Virus record (IMG/VR): IMGVR_UViG_3300005201_000716
Length of the DNA stretch: 64,000 bases
Reading direction: 5' to 3' (one strand)
Source of the DNA: an uncultured virus (IMG/VR IMGVR_UViG_3300005201_000716)
Lineage: Duplodnaviria > Heunggongvirae > Uroviricota > Caudoviricetes
Below the pieces are notes generated by a model. That model did no database searches and was not told the DNA's origin. It was given only the letters and a program-made list of their open reading frames with translations. This document shows positions 39,204 to 49,638 of the stretch, one piece after another (the stretch's first letter is position 1; each line of letters starts with the position of its first letter). The position numbers were made by a program, and so were the translations under genes.

Positions 39204-40028
39204 ATGTCTAACGCTTCAAACTGGCTGGAAGAAGCGGTTTTAAACCACTTCTTCCGAAATAGCACTGTGTCAAGCCCGGCACAAGTGTTCTTGGCTTTGT
39301 ATAAAACAAATCCCACGGATTTTGATAATGGTATAGAGATTTCCGGAGGCGGGTATGTCCGCCAACAGATAACATTTTCCGCTCCGGCGCAAATCGCCGG
39401 GGTCGGTACAATCAGCAACAATAACACGCTCGTATTCCCCGAAGCGACTGCGGACTGGACGGGCGCGAATGAAAGCGTCGGCTATTGGGGCGTTCGAACC
39501 GCGCTGTCAGGCGGGAGCTTGCTTGCCTACGGCGAGTTTCTGGATGTAGGAAAACTTAACGACGGCAAATACGCCGTCACGCAGAACGACCAGTTCAACG
39601 TAGGCGCGGGCAGGGTTACGATTCAATTCAATCAGAAAGCCAGTAACTGGCTTCAAAACGCCGTGCTGAATCATTTTTTTCGCAGTACGCCTGTTATTAG
39701 CCCGTCGCAGATATTTCTCGCTTTGTATAAGTCCGATCCGACCGGGGCGGACGTCGGAGTGGAAATAACCTACACAAGCTACGCGCGGCAATTGGTGACC
39801 TTCGACGTGCCGACACAAATTTCGGGTAACGCCGTGGTAAAAAACAGCGCGGCAATAAACTATCCAATACCCGATACGGACATTGGCTCCGTGCCGTTCT
39901 TCGGCTTGCGCGACGCGTCAGCAAGCGGGAATCTGCTGGCTTATGCCGCTTGGGACATAGCGAAAAATATATCGGCGGGTATGCAGTTTAGCGTGAACGC
40001 CGGAAACATCGAGGTTTCTATGGCATAA
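39204..40028 (+). CDS. virion protein made of two tandem copies of one domain
   Basis: ASNWL..AVLNHFFR...SP.Q.FLALYK..PT occurs twice. Confidence 0.75.
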   Translation: MSNASNWLEEAVLNHFFRNSTVSSPAQVFLALYKTNPTDFDNGIEISGGGYVRQQITFSAPAQIAGVGTISNNNTLVFPEATADWTGANESVGYWGVRTALSGGSLLAYGEFLDVGKLNDGKYAVTQNDQFNVGAGRVTIQFNQKASNWLQNAVLNHFFRSTPVISPSQIFLALYKSDPTGADVGVEITYTSYARQLVTFDVPTQISGNAVVKNSAAINYPIPDTDIGSVPFFGLRDASASGNLLAYAAWDIAKNISAGMQFSVNAGNIEVSMA

Positions 40029-40065
40029 CCGCTGACAGCGAGAGCGAGGAAGGAGGCGACAGCAC

Positions 40066-40851
40066 TTGTTTAACCGGCAGTATTTTAACAGGGGCAAGTT
40101 TAACGTGTCGGCTTTACAGCTTGCCATAAGCGGCGTAGCGGCTTTGGTTCTTGTGGGAAATGTAAAGGGCAGCCTTATGCTTCAGGCGCCGCCGTCGCTT
40201 GTGAATATTAAATTGAACGCATACGGCAAACAGACAATGAAATTGAACGCGCCTGATATAGCGGCAGAGTTACAGCTTGGCGCGGGCGGTCAAAGCACGA
40301 ACCGATTATTCGCCGCCGGTCCCGCATCCGATTTTACGCTCGACGCTTCAGGCTTAATGAAACTTGTAATCACAGCGCCCGACTCCGCCGCCGAAATGCA
40401 GCTTGACTCAATTGGACTCGGTTTTCGCCGTTATTATGCCGATTCGCCGGAGGTGGCTTCGGTGTTAGGTTTGTCGGGGCGCGGTTCACGGATTATGTTT
40501 GCTGATTTGCCTGCTGTTATGTTCAAACTGTACTTACGGGGCGAGAGTTTACGGAAATTCTTGGCGTCCACTCCATCCGTGCCGATAAATTTAAACACAA
40601 AAGGCTCGGCGGTAATGTTTGGATACTCCACACTCTTCCTGCCTGATTTAGTCGTCCCGCCGGATGGTGAGCTTGTTATCGACACAGAAAATATGACTAT
40701 AACGCTAAACGGTGAAAATGTGACGCGATTCTTCGGCCAGGACAGCGAATTCTTCAAGCTGAAGCCCGGAGAGAACATTGTCATCTATGAGGATGGGGAG
40801 CAGAACAGGGATATTTCCTACAAAATTCTATGGAAGGATTTGTGGCTGTAA
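40066..40851 (+). CDS. tail-associated protein with Dit-like C-terminus
   Basis: LVIDTENMTITLNG, FFKLKPGEN.V. Confidence 0.65.
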   Translation: MFNRQYFNRGKFNVSALQLAISGVAALVLVGNVKGSLMLQAPPSLVNIKLNAYGKQTMKLNAPDIAAELQLGAGGQSTNRLFAAGPASDFTLDASGLMKLVITAPDSAAEMQLDSIGLGFRRYYADSPEVASVLGLSGRGSRIMFADLPAVMFKLYLRGESLRKFLASTPSVPINLNTKGSAVMFGYSTLFLPDLVVPPDGELVIDTENMTITLNGENVTRFFGQDSEFFKLKPGENIVIYEDGEQNRDISYKILWKDLWL

Positions 40852-41084
40852 TGAAAATAATCATAAACCAAAACGGGAGCGGATTTTTCACGGTCGGAAA
40901 TAATCAGTTTTACAATATCTCGAATGCCGAGATTGACGGCTCGGTTGTATTCAGCGTCGGCGTCGAGAACATCAGCTTCGGGCTGTACAAAAAAGAGAAC
41001 CGGGCGATAGCGGCGCTTAACGCGCTAATGAGCTTCGTTACCGACGATGCTTGCGATACATATCGCTTCGAGCCGGATAAATGA
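40851..41084 (+). CDS. hypothetical protein
   Basis: translationally coupled (TAATG). Confidence 0.6.
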   Translation: MKIIINQNGSGFFTVGNNQFYNISNAEIDGSVVFSVGVENISFGLYKKENRAIAALNALMSFVTDDACDTYRFEPDK

Positions 41085-41122
41085 GTTTGTATGCTAAGTA
41101 ACTGGGAGAGGAGAGAATCGTT

Positions 41123-43114
41123 TTGGCTCAAGCGGACACTATTCAAGTATTCGGACAGAACCGTCAGAGATTGGCGTTTTTGCAAAACGCTTTTAGCATT
41201 GGCTATAAAAAGTCCCTTAACAGCCTTTGGACGGCGTGTTTCTCACTCCCTTCAGACGATCCGAAAAACCAATACTGCAAACCGTTCAACTATGTGGAAC
41301 TATACGACGGCACGGAGCGCGTGGAGCTTTTCCGTATAATCGGCGAGGATTTAACGAGAAGTACACAGGCGGTAACAGTCTACAATTGCGAACACGTCCT
41401 CGCGACGCTGATTGACGACGTTTTATTCCAATACCATCAAATCGGCAATCTCGGCGTGTTCACACCGACTGTCATCCGATATATCCTTGACCGCCAGGCC
41501 ACGCAAAACTGGCGGCTTGGGCGTTGTGATTTCGACCGCCAGTTTGAGTATAAATGGGAGAACGAGAACCTTCTCGCGGCACTGTTTTCCGTGGCAAAAC
41601 CGTTCACGGAGCGGTTTATCTGGCAATGGGACACAACGGGTTATCCGTGGACGTTAACCCTCAGTGAGCTTGCCGATGATGTAAAATCTGAAATCCGCTA
41701 CGGCAAGAACATAGCGCAGATAACCAAGACGACCGATGCCACGAACGTTATAACCCGCCTGTATTGTTTGGGCTATGGCGAAGGTGACAATCAGCTTGAT
41801 ATAAGAGCCGTCAACAACGGCGTGCCATACCTCGACGCTCCGACGATGCCGACTTGGGGCCTCAAAACGTCAATCCTTGCCGATAGGCGTTTCGAGGACG
41901 CTGAGAGCTTGAAAGCGTATGGGCAGCAAATCCTTAACGCCGCGCAGGACCCGTTTGTATCATATTCGGCGCAGGCGGTGGATTTATATAAACTCACGGG
42001 GCAGAGATACGATAAGTTTGTGGTCGGCGATATGGTAAAAATCGTAGACAGCGCGGACGGCGTCAATGATATATATCCGATTGTGGAAATTGAAAAAATT
42101 GATTTGACCGGCAATCCCGGCGCGGTTAGCGTCACTATCGCCAACAAGTCGAGAGATTTATCCGGCAGTATAACGGATTTGCAAAACAGGGCCTTGATTA
42201 ATGACTTGTACGCGCAAGGCGCGACAAACCAAGTTATGGTCGGTTTTGCCGATAACGCCGACAAGGATAACCCCGCTCTGATGAAGCTGTATGTGCCGGA
42301 GAGTATGGTGCGCGTTAATTCCTGCGTCCTCAACTTCGAGTTTGAACCTTTCCGCGCGTATGAACGCGGCGTGGCGAGCGCACAGCAAAATGTATATTCC
42401 ACCAGTTCCTCAAACACAACGACCAGTACCTCGAGCGCGGAATCAACGCAGACGCAATCCACAAGCTCGGAAAGCGCTCAGACCCCGACGACATCATCAT
42501 CAGGTTCCGACAGCCGCTCTACTGACAGTGGCGGCGGTTCGGTACCTACATCGTCACAGGACGGTACGAATAATATATGGAATCTGGCTGGTTCTTATAG
42601 CATTCCCGATGTTATGTCGCTTTCGGGAACACCCGGCCACGCGCATGGTTTAGTGCCGCATAACCACCCGCACACGCACACAATACAAATTTCGGCTCAT
42701 AGTCATACCGTGACGATACCCGGACATAACCACACCGTAACTATACCGAGCCATAATCACACGGTGACGATACCCGGTCACAGCCATACCGTGAATATTC
42801 CGGGGCATAACCACAGCGTGACGATTCCGGCGCATACACACGCGATGGAGTACGGCATTTTTAAGACAGGCGGTGTTAACGCGGGGCGGCTGTTCATAAA
42901 CGGGCAGTATGCTCAGGACGTTTTGCCAAACACGAACATCAATCTCGCTAATATGCTGGCAGACGCGAATACAAGAAGGATTAGCCGGAACACATTCCAT
43001 CGTATTGAAATCTATCCAACGGCTACAGGTGGCAACGCCCAAGGGCTGACGCGGATAGTGGCTAATATTTTTATGCAGATATTTACAAACAGCCGTGGGA
43101 GCGGCGATTTTTAG
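41123..43114 (+). CDS. Tal/tail-spike protein, module 1 (prophage tail endopeptidase-like N-terminus, Ser/Thr linker, HxH repeats)
   Basis: IRYGKN, ITRLY..GYGEG, GD.V.I.D; repeated H(S/N)HTVTIP. Confidence 0.85.
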   Translation: MAQADTIQVFGQNRQRLAFLQNAFSIGYKKSLNSLWTACFSLPSDDPKNQYCKPFNYVELYDGTERVELFRIIGEDLTRSTQAVTVYNCEHVLATLIDDVLFQYHQIGNLGVFTPTVIRYILDRQATQNWRLGRCDFDRQFEYKWENENLLAALFSVAKPFTERFIWQWDTTGYPWTLTLSELADDVKSEIRYGKNIAQITKTTDATNVITRLYCLGYGEGDNQLDIRAVNNGVPYLDAPTMPTWGLKTSILADRRFEDAESLKAYGQQILNAAQDPFVSYSAQAVDLYKLTGQRYDKFVVGDMVKIVDSADGVNDIYPIVEIEKIDLTGNPGAVSVTIANKSRDLSGSITDLQNRALINDLYAQGATNQVMVGFADNADKDNPALMKLYVPESMVRVNSCVLNFEFEPFRAYERGVASAQQNVYSTSSSNTTTSTSSAESTQTQSTSSESAQTPTTSSSGSDSRSTDSGGGSVPTSSQDGTNNIWNLAGSYSIPDVMSLSGTPGHAHGLVPHNHPHTHTIQISAHSHTVTIPGHNHTVTIPSHNHTVTIPGHSHTVNIPGHNHSVTIPAHTHAMEYGIFKTGGVNAGRLFINGQYAQDVLPNTNINLANMLADANTRRISRNTFHRIEIYPTATGGNAQGLTRIVANIFMQIFTNSRGSGDF

Positions 43115-43128
43115 TTGGAGGTGATTTT

Positions 43129-43596
43129 TTGGCTTTACAGGAAATGTATCCGGCTGCGGTGAACTCCGTCGCGACGGCGTTAACGGGCGGTATCGGCGCG
43201 AATGATACCGTTTTTTATGTCCTTGACGACTCAAGGATTCCGGACCCGCCGAATCTGCTCGTTATCGGCGAAAATTCCGCAATGGCTGAGACGGTAAAGC
43301 TCATAGCCAAAGACGGGAACGAGTTGACGGTTATTCGCGGGTTTCAAAACTCTCCGCGCGCATGGGATGCCGGAACAACGGTGTCCCGAAATTTTACCGC
43401 TTATGACCACGACGCTTTTAAGGACAACATCGAAACACTAAACGCCGGACAGACTGACCTCGATATCGAACAAGGCGCGCATAAAGCGGCGGCGTTACCC
43501 CATATAACGAGTGACGGGACTTACAGTTACGGCTTCCGCGTAGATAGCGGTAATCTGATTTTTGTATACGAAGAGCGAGGTGAACCGAATGAGTGA
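43129..43596 (+). CDS. tail-associated hypothetical protein
   Basis: MYPA..NS..T, AETV, RGFQ...RAW..G..VSRNFTAYD; RBS GGAGGTG. Confidence 0.75.
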   Translation: MALQEMYPAAVNSVATALTGGIGANDTVFYVLDDSRIPDPPNLLVIGENSAMAETVKLIAKDGNELTVIRGFQNSPRAWDAGTTVSRNFTAYDHDAFKDNIETLNAGQTDLDIEQGAHKAAALPHITSDGTYSYGFRVDSGNLIFVYEERGEPNE

Positions 43597-46500
43597 AATT
43601 ATAATAGCCGACAAGCCGACGCTTGATGAGGTCAATTCCAAGGCGGACGCAATTCAGAATGATGTTGGCGCGGTCAAGTCCGACATAGAAGGTTTACAGA
43701 GCGATATTAACACGCTTCAGACAACGGCCGAAACAATAGACGCGAAAATCGGTGATGGCAGCGACAATGAAAGCTCTGTCGGCAGCACGCTCTTTGCGCT
43801 TATAAAGCACATCGTTTCGATGTTTGTATCGCATTTTACGGCCGCAAGAGCGGCGAAGCTGGATAATCTTGACACGGCGGTATCTACAATAGCGACGCAA
43901 GTTTCTGTTGATGCCATACAAAGTGATGTGACAGAGATAAAAACTGATGTGGGTGCGTTATCTCAAAACAGCGGAAGTGGCGGCGAAGGCGGCAGTGGAG
44001 GCAGGACAATAGATTTTGAGGTTAACCCGTTTATTTGGGACAGCCCGGAGCTTTTATCCAACGGTGCGGATGTGATCAACCAAGCGGATGGATTTGGCAC
44101 ATACGCTTATACGACAGCTTGTCATTACAACGGTTATATCTATTTTGTTACAAATGCAAGCACTAACCCGTCGGGATTTGTATGTTTGCATATCGCGACG
44201 GGGGTGTATAAACAGCTTGCGAATTGCCCGGTTAGTATGCAGTATTCGAGGGCGGCGGGCTACAACGGAGAGGTTTATTATCTCGGTTCTAACACAACGC
44301 AAAACGGTTTTTTTAAATACAACATAACCACGGACACTTGGACGGTTTTAGCGCCCCATCCGCTCGCGAACGCGAGAAGAACGTCTATGGGATTTATTGG
44401 CGGCATTTTGTATGTGGCGGGGGCTGAGACAACGCTTAATTCGTTGTATTCATATGACCCCGTTACCGGTATGTGGAACCCGCCTGCCGTCTTTACGGAT
44501 ACAAACGCCATTTATCACAACGGATATATCTACCTTATTGGGGGCGTAACCGTAAACCCCTCGACCTATTGGCGGTTTAATATCGCAACGGGGGCTTATG
44601 AGCGGCTCGCTGATTGTCCTGTTGCTATGGGCGCTAATACAAGAGCGGCTATTTGTGATGACGAGATTTATTATCTCGGCTCAAACACTACGTATAACGG
44701 GTTTTATAAATATAACATCGCTACGGATACTTGGACGGTTCTCACCAATCACCCGCTTGCCAACGCAACGCAATCGTCTATGGGATTTATAGACGGTATT
44801 TTGTATGTGGCGGGGGCGGCAACAACGCCTAACCAGACATACGCGTATAATCCAGTGCTCAATCAGTGGTCGGGCGCTTTGGGAGCGACGGGCGTGGCTA
44901 TTAGCGCAAACGGCGTGGGCGCTGTGTATAACAATGAGCTATATATCTTCCACGCGAACACCGCAGGCCATAATCAAAAGTATACGCCATCGCCAACTTG
45001 GAACGCGCTCGGAACGTGGACTGCTATTGCCGCTCCCGCTGTATCAAATATCGGCGTGAGGGGCGCTTGTGTTATCGGTACTGGCATATATCTCATAGGT
45101 GGAAGCAATACCGCGAGGCGATATGATACCGCAAACAACATTTGGGACGCTCTTGCGAATCTGCCGCAATCTAACGGTAACGGCTACGCCGTGACTGACG
45201 GCACAGATATATTCATTGCCAACCTTGCGGGGTATCTTGGCATTACCAAGTTTGATGTTTCGGACACCATTCTTACGCAAGATACAGCAAGCACACGGTC
45301 TTTAGCAATACCCGGTTTTGAACCTAATGGCGGAATGGGGGTCATTTATAACAATGAATTGTATGCCATTCGTTATAACAATGGCTCTCAAGGCCTTATG
45401 AGAAAATACAACCCCGCGACGAACGTGTGGACGCCGCTTGCCAACACAGCGGACACCGTAGACGGTAATACCAATTCTTGGGCTATGGTTATTGGCTCTT
45501 ATATATATGTCTTCGGCCCTACTAAAATTTGCAGACGATATACCATATCGAGCAATACATGGGCTGATATGGCGGCGCTTGCCACAACTATGCAATACGC
45601 TTGTGCCGTGTCGGACGGCACAAACGCCTATTGGATCGGGAATACCGACGCAAACGCCGGCACTTATAAAATCAACAGGGTTACAGCGAGCTCTCCGGGG
45701 ACTTTTACGGATTTTGCGAACCCATATAGACTTCCCAGCAATGGCGCGACAGTTTGCGGTATAGATACTGACACAGGCAAGATATACCTATTTAACGCGC
45801 AAGCATTAATAAGTGGCCGTCCGGCGCAGCGGCAGGCGGCGTCGTATCATATCCCGACTGGGGAATGGAAGGTAGAGTGTGTACAGGCTTATACCGGCGA
45901 AAACTTTACCGGAGCGACTGTGTGGCTGCATAACGGCGTGTTTTGGTTTATCGGTGGAGGCAGAAACAATGGGGTGCGAACTTATAACATAAACACCAAA
46001 GTATTTACCGAATATACAGCTTCGACTCTATTATGGGGTGATAGCGGCTATAATGTCGCCGCCGCCGCTCCTGTAAATGAAAATACTCTAATCATTTTCG
46101 GGGGCGCGACGGAGTCAGGCAAACAAGCCGCCTTGTTTAATCTGTCCACACGCGCTTGGACTGCCCTCCCGGAATTACCGTTCACGGCTACCTATGTCTC
46201 AGCGCAGCGGATTGGCGATAGGATATATGCCGTTACTCAGACGGAAGTTTGGATATTGAGATTGCCTGATATGAGCTGGGTCAGAGATAACGCCGTTAGT
46301 GGAGTATCGGCAATTGGCCGCAAAAATTCTGTATACATTGATAATTGTTTGGTTTTTGCTGTCGCTAATACATTGGTTTCTTATGACCCCGAAAGGAAAA
46401 AGCTGTGGTCAACGGCCATAACCCTAAACGGGCTTAACTCAGCATATATGCTTGTTTACGATGGCGAGTTATATGCCGCAGGTTCAGGCACGGCAAATTA

Positions 46501-46744
46501 TCCTTTGGCGATATGCCGTATAGAGCAAGGCGAACAATTAAGACCGGATGCGGCGGATGAAGTTATCGGGAACGTTACGGCGGGGCAGGAATTATATTAT
46601 ATACGGCGAAACGACGCTATTTTCCTTGAGTTAAACAGCAACGAATTACCGGAGGGTTTATCTGTGATACCGGAAAACGGGCTGCTTAAGGTTGGTTACA
46701 GACGGTTTACGCGGAATAACTTTGTGCGCGGGTGGATCGGATAA
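43589..46744 (+). CDS. large kelch/beta-propeller protein with coiled-coil stalk, putative receptor-binding protein
   Basis: many IY.IGG...Y(N/D)...(D/N)TW blades; N-terminal heptads. Confidence 0.8.
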   Translation: MSEIIIADKPTLDEVNSKADAIQNDVGAVKSDIEGLQSDINTLQTTAETIDAKIGDGSDNESSVGSTLFALIKHIVSMFVSHFTAARAAKLDNLDTAVSTIATQVSVDAIQSDVTEIKTDVGALSQNSGSGGEGGSGGRTIDFEVNPFIWDSPELLSNGADVINQADGFGTYAYTTACHYNGYIYFVTNASTNPSGFVCLHIATGVYKQLANCPVSMQYSRAAGYNGEVYYLGSNTTQNGFFKYNITTDTWTVLAPHPLANARRTSMGFIGGILYVAGAETTLNSLYSYDPVTGMWNPPAVFTDTNAIYHNGYIYLIGGVTVNPSTYWRFNIATGAYERLADCPVAMGANTRAAICDDEIYYLGSNTTYNGFYKYNIATDTWTVLTNHPLANATQSSMGFIDGILYVAGAATTPNQTYAYNPVLNQWSGALGATGVAISANGVGAVYNNELYIFHANTAGHNQKYTPSPTWNALGTWTAIAAPAVSNIGVRGACVIGTGIYLIGGSNTARRYDTANNIWDALANLPQSNGNGYAVTDGTDIFIANLAGYLGITKFDVSDTILTQDTASTRSLAIPGFEPNGGMGVIYNNELYAIRYNNGSQGLMRKYNPATNVWTPLANTADTVDGNTNSWAMVIGSYIYVFGPTKICRRYTISSNTWADMAALATTMQYACAVSDGTNAYWIGNTDANAGTYKINRVTASSPGTFTDFANPYRLPSNGATVCGIDTDTGKIYLFNAQALISGRPAQRQAASYHIPTGEWKVECVQAYTGENFTGATVWLHNGVFWFIGGGRNNGVRTYNINTKVFTEYTASTLLWGDSGYNVAAAAPVNENTLIIFGGATESGKQAALFNLSTRAWTALPELPFTATYVSAQRIGDRIYAVTQTEVWILRLPDMSWVRDNAVSGVSAIGRKNSVYIDNCLVFAVANTLVSYDPERKKLWSTAITLNGLNSAYMLVYDGELYAAGSGTANYPLAICRIEQGEQLRPDAADEVIGNVTAGQELYYIRRNDAIFLELNSNELPEGLSVIPENGLLKVGYRRFTRNNFVRGWIG

Positions 46745-46759
46745 ACGGGGAGGCGAAAA

Positions 46760-47011
46760 ATGTACAGTCATAAAATTTGGGATAAGGTTACACCTATTAA
46801 CGGCGTCGCGGCGGCTGATGTATTAAAAATCCATAACATAACAAAGGGCGCGGTCGGCATTGTCTCAGACGATAAAGGACACGTAGTTGTGCTTCAGTAT
46901 GACAATGCGAATCCGCTGTCAAAAGCGGATTTGACGGCGAAGCTAAAACTGTTAACAAAGGAAATGAACAAGCCTACTTTGGCAGAACCGGAGGTGGTTG
47001 AAAATGATTAG
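46760..47011 (+). CDS. small hypothetical protein (possible fibre chaperone)
   Basis: RBS GGAGG; IWDK.TPING motif; follows the RBP. Confidence 0.65.
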   Translation: MYSHKIWDKVTPINGVAAADVLKIHNITKGAVGIVSDDKGHVVVLQYDNANPLSKADLTAKLKLLTKEMNKPTLAEPEVVEND

Positions 47012-47073
47012 CGAGGCACACGGAAAATAGGATGAGCGGCGAGGTATACGGACAGCGAGGGAGATGACACAAA

Positions 47074-49626
47074 ATGGCTGATGATTTTGGACTGCGAATT
47101 GGCGTCGAAGGCGAGAAGCAATTTAAACAAGCGTTATCGGAAATCAATCAGGCGTTTAAGGTTCTCGGCTCTGAGATGCAGCTTGTGACAAGCCAGTTCG
47201 ATAAAAACGATAAATCAGCCGCCGCGCTCGCCTCCCGGAATACGGTCCTTAATAAAGAGATTGATGCGCAAAAAGAGAAAATTACCACATTGAGAGCGGC
47301 GCTTGATAACGCGGCGGACTCTTTCGGCGAAAACGACAAGCGGACGCAAAACTGGCAGATACAGCTAAACAAAGCCCAAGCCGAGCTTAACGGTATGGAG
47401 CGGGAGCTTGGCGATAACGAAAAGGCTCTTGACGATATGGGCGACGAGATGGAGGATGCCGCTAAAGACACCGACAAACTTGGAGATGAACTGGAGGACA
47501 CCGGCGAGACCGCCGACGACGCCGGAGGCAAATTCGAGAAGCTGGGCGCTATCGTTAAAGGTATCGGCTTGGCTATAGGAGCGGCGATGGCGGCAATTGG
47601 CACGGCGGCGGTCGCGGCGGGTAAGGCGCTCTACGATATGGCAAACGACGCGGCGGCGGCCGGAGACCGAATCGACAAGGATTCACAGAGATTGGGTTTG
47701 TCCGCTGAAGCATATCAAGAGTGGGACTATGTTTTATCGCAGTGCGGCGGCAATATAGACAGCCTCGGCGCGGGTATGAAAACCCTGCAAAAAACGATGG
47801 ACGGGCTGACTGAGGACGGCGATAAATCCTCCGAGGCGTTCAAAAAAATCGGCATAAATTTTGACGATATCAAGAACAAATCCCCGGAGGAAGCCTTCAA
47901 TATGACAGTCAAGGCTTTACAGAATATGCCTCCGGGCGCGGAAAAGACCGCCGCCGCTATGAAGCTGCTGGGCAAACAGGGTATGGAACTGATGCCGCTT
48001 TTAAATTCCACGGCGGACGATATTGACGGGCTGAAACAAAAGGCGCACGACCTCGGTATGGTCATGTCGGAGGACGCCGTGACAGCGTCGGTTAGATACA
48101 CAGACTCGCTGGACACGTTAAAACGCACGTTCGGGGGTTTGAAAAACTCCATCGGCTCGGAATTACTGCCCGGTATGACTATGATAACCGACGCGTTCAC
48201 AGGGCTTATCACCGGACAGGAGGGCGCGGGCGAAGCGTTGAAAGCGGGCGCGGAGGAGATTGTTAAAAGTATCGGAGATTTAATACCGCGCTTGTTGGGG
48301 TTAGTCAATTCGATTGTGTCGTCCGTCGCGGAGGTAGCGCCGGATATCATCGGTTCTCTTGTGAGCGCCATCGTGGAAAATCTGCCCGCCGTCATAGAAG
48401 CGGCGGTCAGTATTATAACGACCTTGCTCGGAGGGATTATTGACGCCTTGCCGCAATTAACGCAGGGCGCTTTACAGCTTATCCTCGCGCTGGTAAACGG
48501 CATACTCGAAAATCTGCCCGCCATTCTGGAAGCCGCAATCCAAGTGGTGGTCACGCTTGTTCAAGGCATTTCCGACGCGCTTCCGAAATTGATACCGGCT
48601 ATAGTACAGGCTGTGGTTACGATGGTACAGGCGCTAATCGACAATCTGCCTATGATATTGGAAGCCGCGCTGCAATTAGTTCTCGGACTAACACAGGGCA
48701 TTTTGGACGCTCTGCCTCAGTTGATAGCCGCGCTGCCCGCCATCATCATCGGCATTGTGGATTTCATCATCGGCGCGATACCGCAGATTATAGACGCGGG
48801 GATAAAACTTCTCGTGTCGTTGGTGGAGGCTTTGCCGGAAATCATCACCGCCATCGTTAAGGCCATACCGCAGATTATCGACGGGATTATAAAAGCGGTT
48901 ATAAACGCCATTCCACAGCTTATTGAAGCGGGAATAAAGCTGCTGATTTCGCTGGTACAGAACCTTCCGCAGATAATCACGGCGGTAGTAGCCGCTATAC
49001 CGCAGATTATATCATCGCTCGTTACGGCTATCATCGGCAGCATTCCGCAGTTGGTACAGGCGGGTATACAGCTTTTCATATCACTGATAAAGAACCTGCC
49101 GACCATTATTGCGGAAATCGTGAAAGCCATACCGCAGATTATTGCTGCCATCGTCAAGGGCTTCACGGACAACATCGGCAAAATCGTGCAGGTCGGAGGC
49201 GACCTTATAAAGGGGCTGTGGCAGGGCATTTCCAATGTAGCCGATTGGATATGGAGTAAAATCTCCGGCTTCTTCGGCGGCATTGTGGATAAAATCAAGG
49301 GCTTTTTCGGAATTAAATCGCCGTCCACCCTATTCGCGGGACTTGGCGAGAATATGGGTCAGGGTATCGGCGTGGGCTTCGAGCGGGCAATGGATCAGGT
49401 CGGTGAGGATATGCAAAACGCCATCCCCACCGACTTCGATATGCCCGGCGTGAACGTCGGCGACAGTAGTTTCGGTTTATCCGCGCACGGTGGCTTCGCC
49501 GGGCCGCTCATTACCATACAGCAGATGTTTGTACGCAGCGAGGACGACATCCGCAGGATTTCACAGGAACTATATAATTTGATGCAAACCGGTTCAAGGG
49601 CGCAGGGGCGGTTCAGTCCGGCGTAA
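47074..49626 (+). CDS. tape measure protein 2 (850 aa)
   Basis: N-terminus nearly identical in protein to TMP1, LP.I repeats, FFGIKSPS. Confidence 0.95.
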   Translation: MADDFGLRIGVEGEKQFKQALSEINQAFKVLGSEMQLVTSQFDKNDKSAAALASRNTVLNKEIDAQKEKITTLRAALDNAADSFGENDKRTQNWQIQLNKAQAELNGMERELGDNEKALDDMGDEMEDAAKDTDKLGDELEDTGETADDAGGKFEKLGAIVKGIGLAIGAAMAAIGTAAVAAGKALYDMANDAAAAGDRIDKDSQRLGLSAEAYQEWDYVLSQCGGNIDSLGAGMKTLQKTMDGLTEDGDKSSEAFKKIGINFDDIKNKSPEEAFNMTVKALQNMPPGAEKTAAAMKLLGKQGMELMPLLNSTADDIDGLKQKAHDLGMVMSEDAVTASVRYTDSLDTLKRTFGGLKNSIGSELLPGMTMITDAFTGLITGQEGAGEALKAGAEEIVKSIGDLIPRLLGLVNSIVSSVAEVAPDIIGSLVSAIVENLPAVIEAAVSIITTLLGGIIDALPQLTQGALQLILALVNGILENLPAILEAAIQVVVTLVQGISDALPKLIPAIVQAVVTMVQALIDNLPMILEAALQLVLGLTQGILDALPQLIAALPAIIIGIVDFIIGAIPQIIDAGIKLLVSLVEALPEIITAIVKAIPQIIDGIIKAVINAIPQLIEAGIKLLISLVQNLPQIITAVVAAIPQIISSLVTAIIGSIPQLVQAGIQLFISLIKNLPTIIAEIVKAIPQIIAAIVKGFTDNIGKIVQVGGDLIKGLWQGISNVADWIWSKISGFFGGIVDKIKGFFGIKSPSTLFAGLGENMGQGIGVGFERAMDQVGEDMQNAIPTDFDMPGVNVGDSSFGLSAHGGFAGPLITIQQMFVRSEDDIRRISQELYNLMQTGSRAQGRFSPA

Positions 49627-49638
49627 AGGGTGTGCGGC

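Noticed and set aside
44120..44860. DGR template/variable repeat pair in the kelch gene
   Set aside because: Differences are mostly synonymous and not adenine-specific, both copies are in-frame coding, and no reverse transcriptase is seen in the window.
35654..49328. Long minus-strand ORFs opposite the TMP and Tal genes (e.g. 47727-48554, 41791-42462)
   Set aside because: Antisense shadows of repetitive, codon-biased genes, with no RBS or recognisable motifs.
35424..49626. Second tape measure as an assembly duplication or a second nested prophage
   Set aside because: The shared segments differ at many wobble positions and the downstream genes are highly divergent. No second head, major tail, integrase or att-like junction is seen at 47011-47074. 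A chimeric contig cannot be fully excluded without reads.
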